Assembly: GCA_964035545.1 (NCBI GenBank)
Contig: OZ037770.1
Coordinates: 124,001 to 188,000, forward strand
Length of the DNA: 64,000 nucleotides
From: Bugula neritina
Lineage: Eukaryota > Animalia > Bryozoa
Direction of reading: 5' to 3'
The position numbers and the translations under genes are program-made. The notes beneath the pieces were generated by a model that saw only the letters and a list, made by a program, of their open reading frames with translations, had not been told where the DNA came from and did no database searches. This document shows positions 63,701 through 64,000 of this stretch, one piece after another. Position 1 is the stretch's first letter. Each line of letters opens with the position of its first letter.

Positions 63701-64000
63701 ATTATTCATGTTCAGCGAATTCCTAATAAAATTAGTTTGTATGAAAGGAAAAGTTAGAGTAGCCATTTTGAGTCAACATAAATCAGTGAGTGAATAAAAG
63801 AGATGAACTGAGTTTGTTTGCTTTTCTTCATTGCTCTTTTGTTAAATGTAAATTAGCCATAATGGAGGTGCTAAAGACTTGAAAACTTCAAAAGTATTTG
63901 TTTTAGACTGGAATTCTGAAAGACAATTGGTAAAAGGGATGCTATAGTATATAATGTGTTTGTTATATTGGTAGAGTGTAGAGTGGATAAACTTAGTATT
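60740..64000. repeat. Right arm of large inverted duplication (continues beyond the window)
   Basis: Reverse complement of 55270-58500; the match is still unbroken at base 64000. Confidence 0.95.

Overview
AT-rich animal (invertebrate, probably lophotrochozoan; inferred from gene content only) genomic DNA with spliced genes. Almost every intron is filled with minisatellites, so most long ORFs in the supplied track are repeat artefacts. Manual exon assembly (GT-AG sites and phases checked) gives five genes. (1) A minus-strand TTLL10-type tubulin polyglycylase (2050-7156). (2) Directly upstream on the same strand, an NlpC/P60 papain-fold cysteine-peptidase-like gene (8555-22401) with several candidate alternative first exons. 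Its predicted last exon reads a 27-bp tandem repeat as 23 TQT (LC8/dynein-light-chain-type) motifs, and its penultimate exon is phase-compatible with TTLL10 exon 2, so a peptidase-glycylase fusion transcript is possible. Both units carry RFX X-boxes. (3) A divergently transcribed DENND5/Rab6IP1 gene (26554-44283, about 1267 aa) with a candidate internal RFX promoter. (4) An intronless antisense gene nested in a DENND5 intron, encoding two scramblase/Tubby-C-like domains (35997-37187). (5) A proneural achaete-scute (ASCL) bHLH gene with an intron inside the bHLH (51446-52420). Upstream of ASCL lies a large inverted duplication (arms of at least 3.2 kb, right arm running off the window) with a palindromic double E-box and a Hes/Hairy site near its centre. 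A tRNA-derived SINE, a MITE and decayed LINE remnants are also present. The best candidate for a novel system is the ciliary NlpC/P60-TQT-array plus TTLL10 module, possibly a tubulin glycylation writer/eraser pair.
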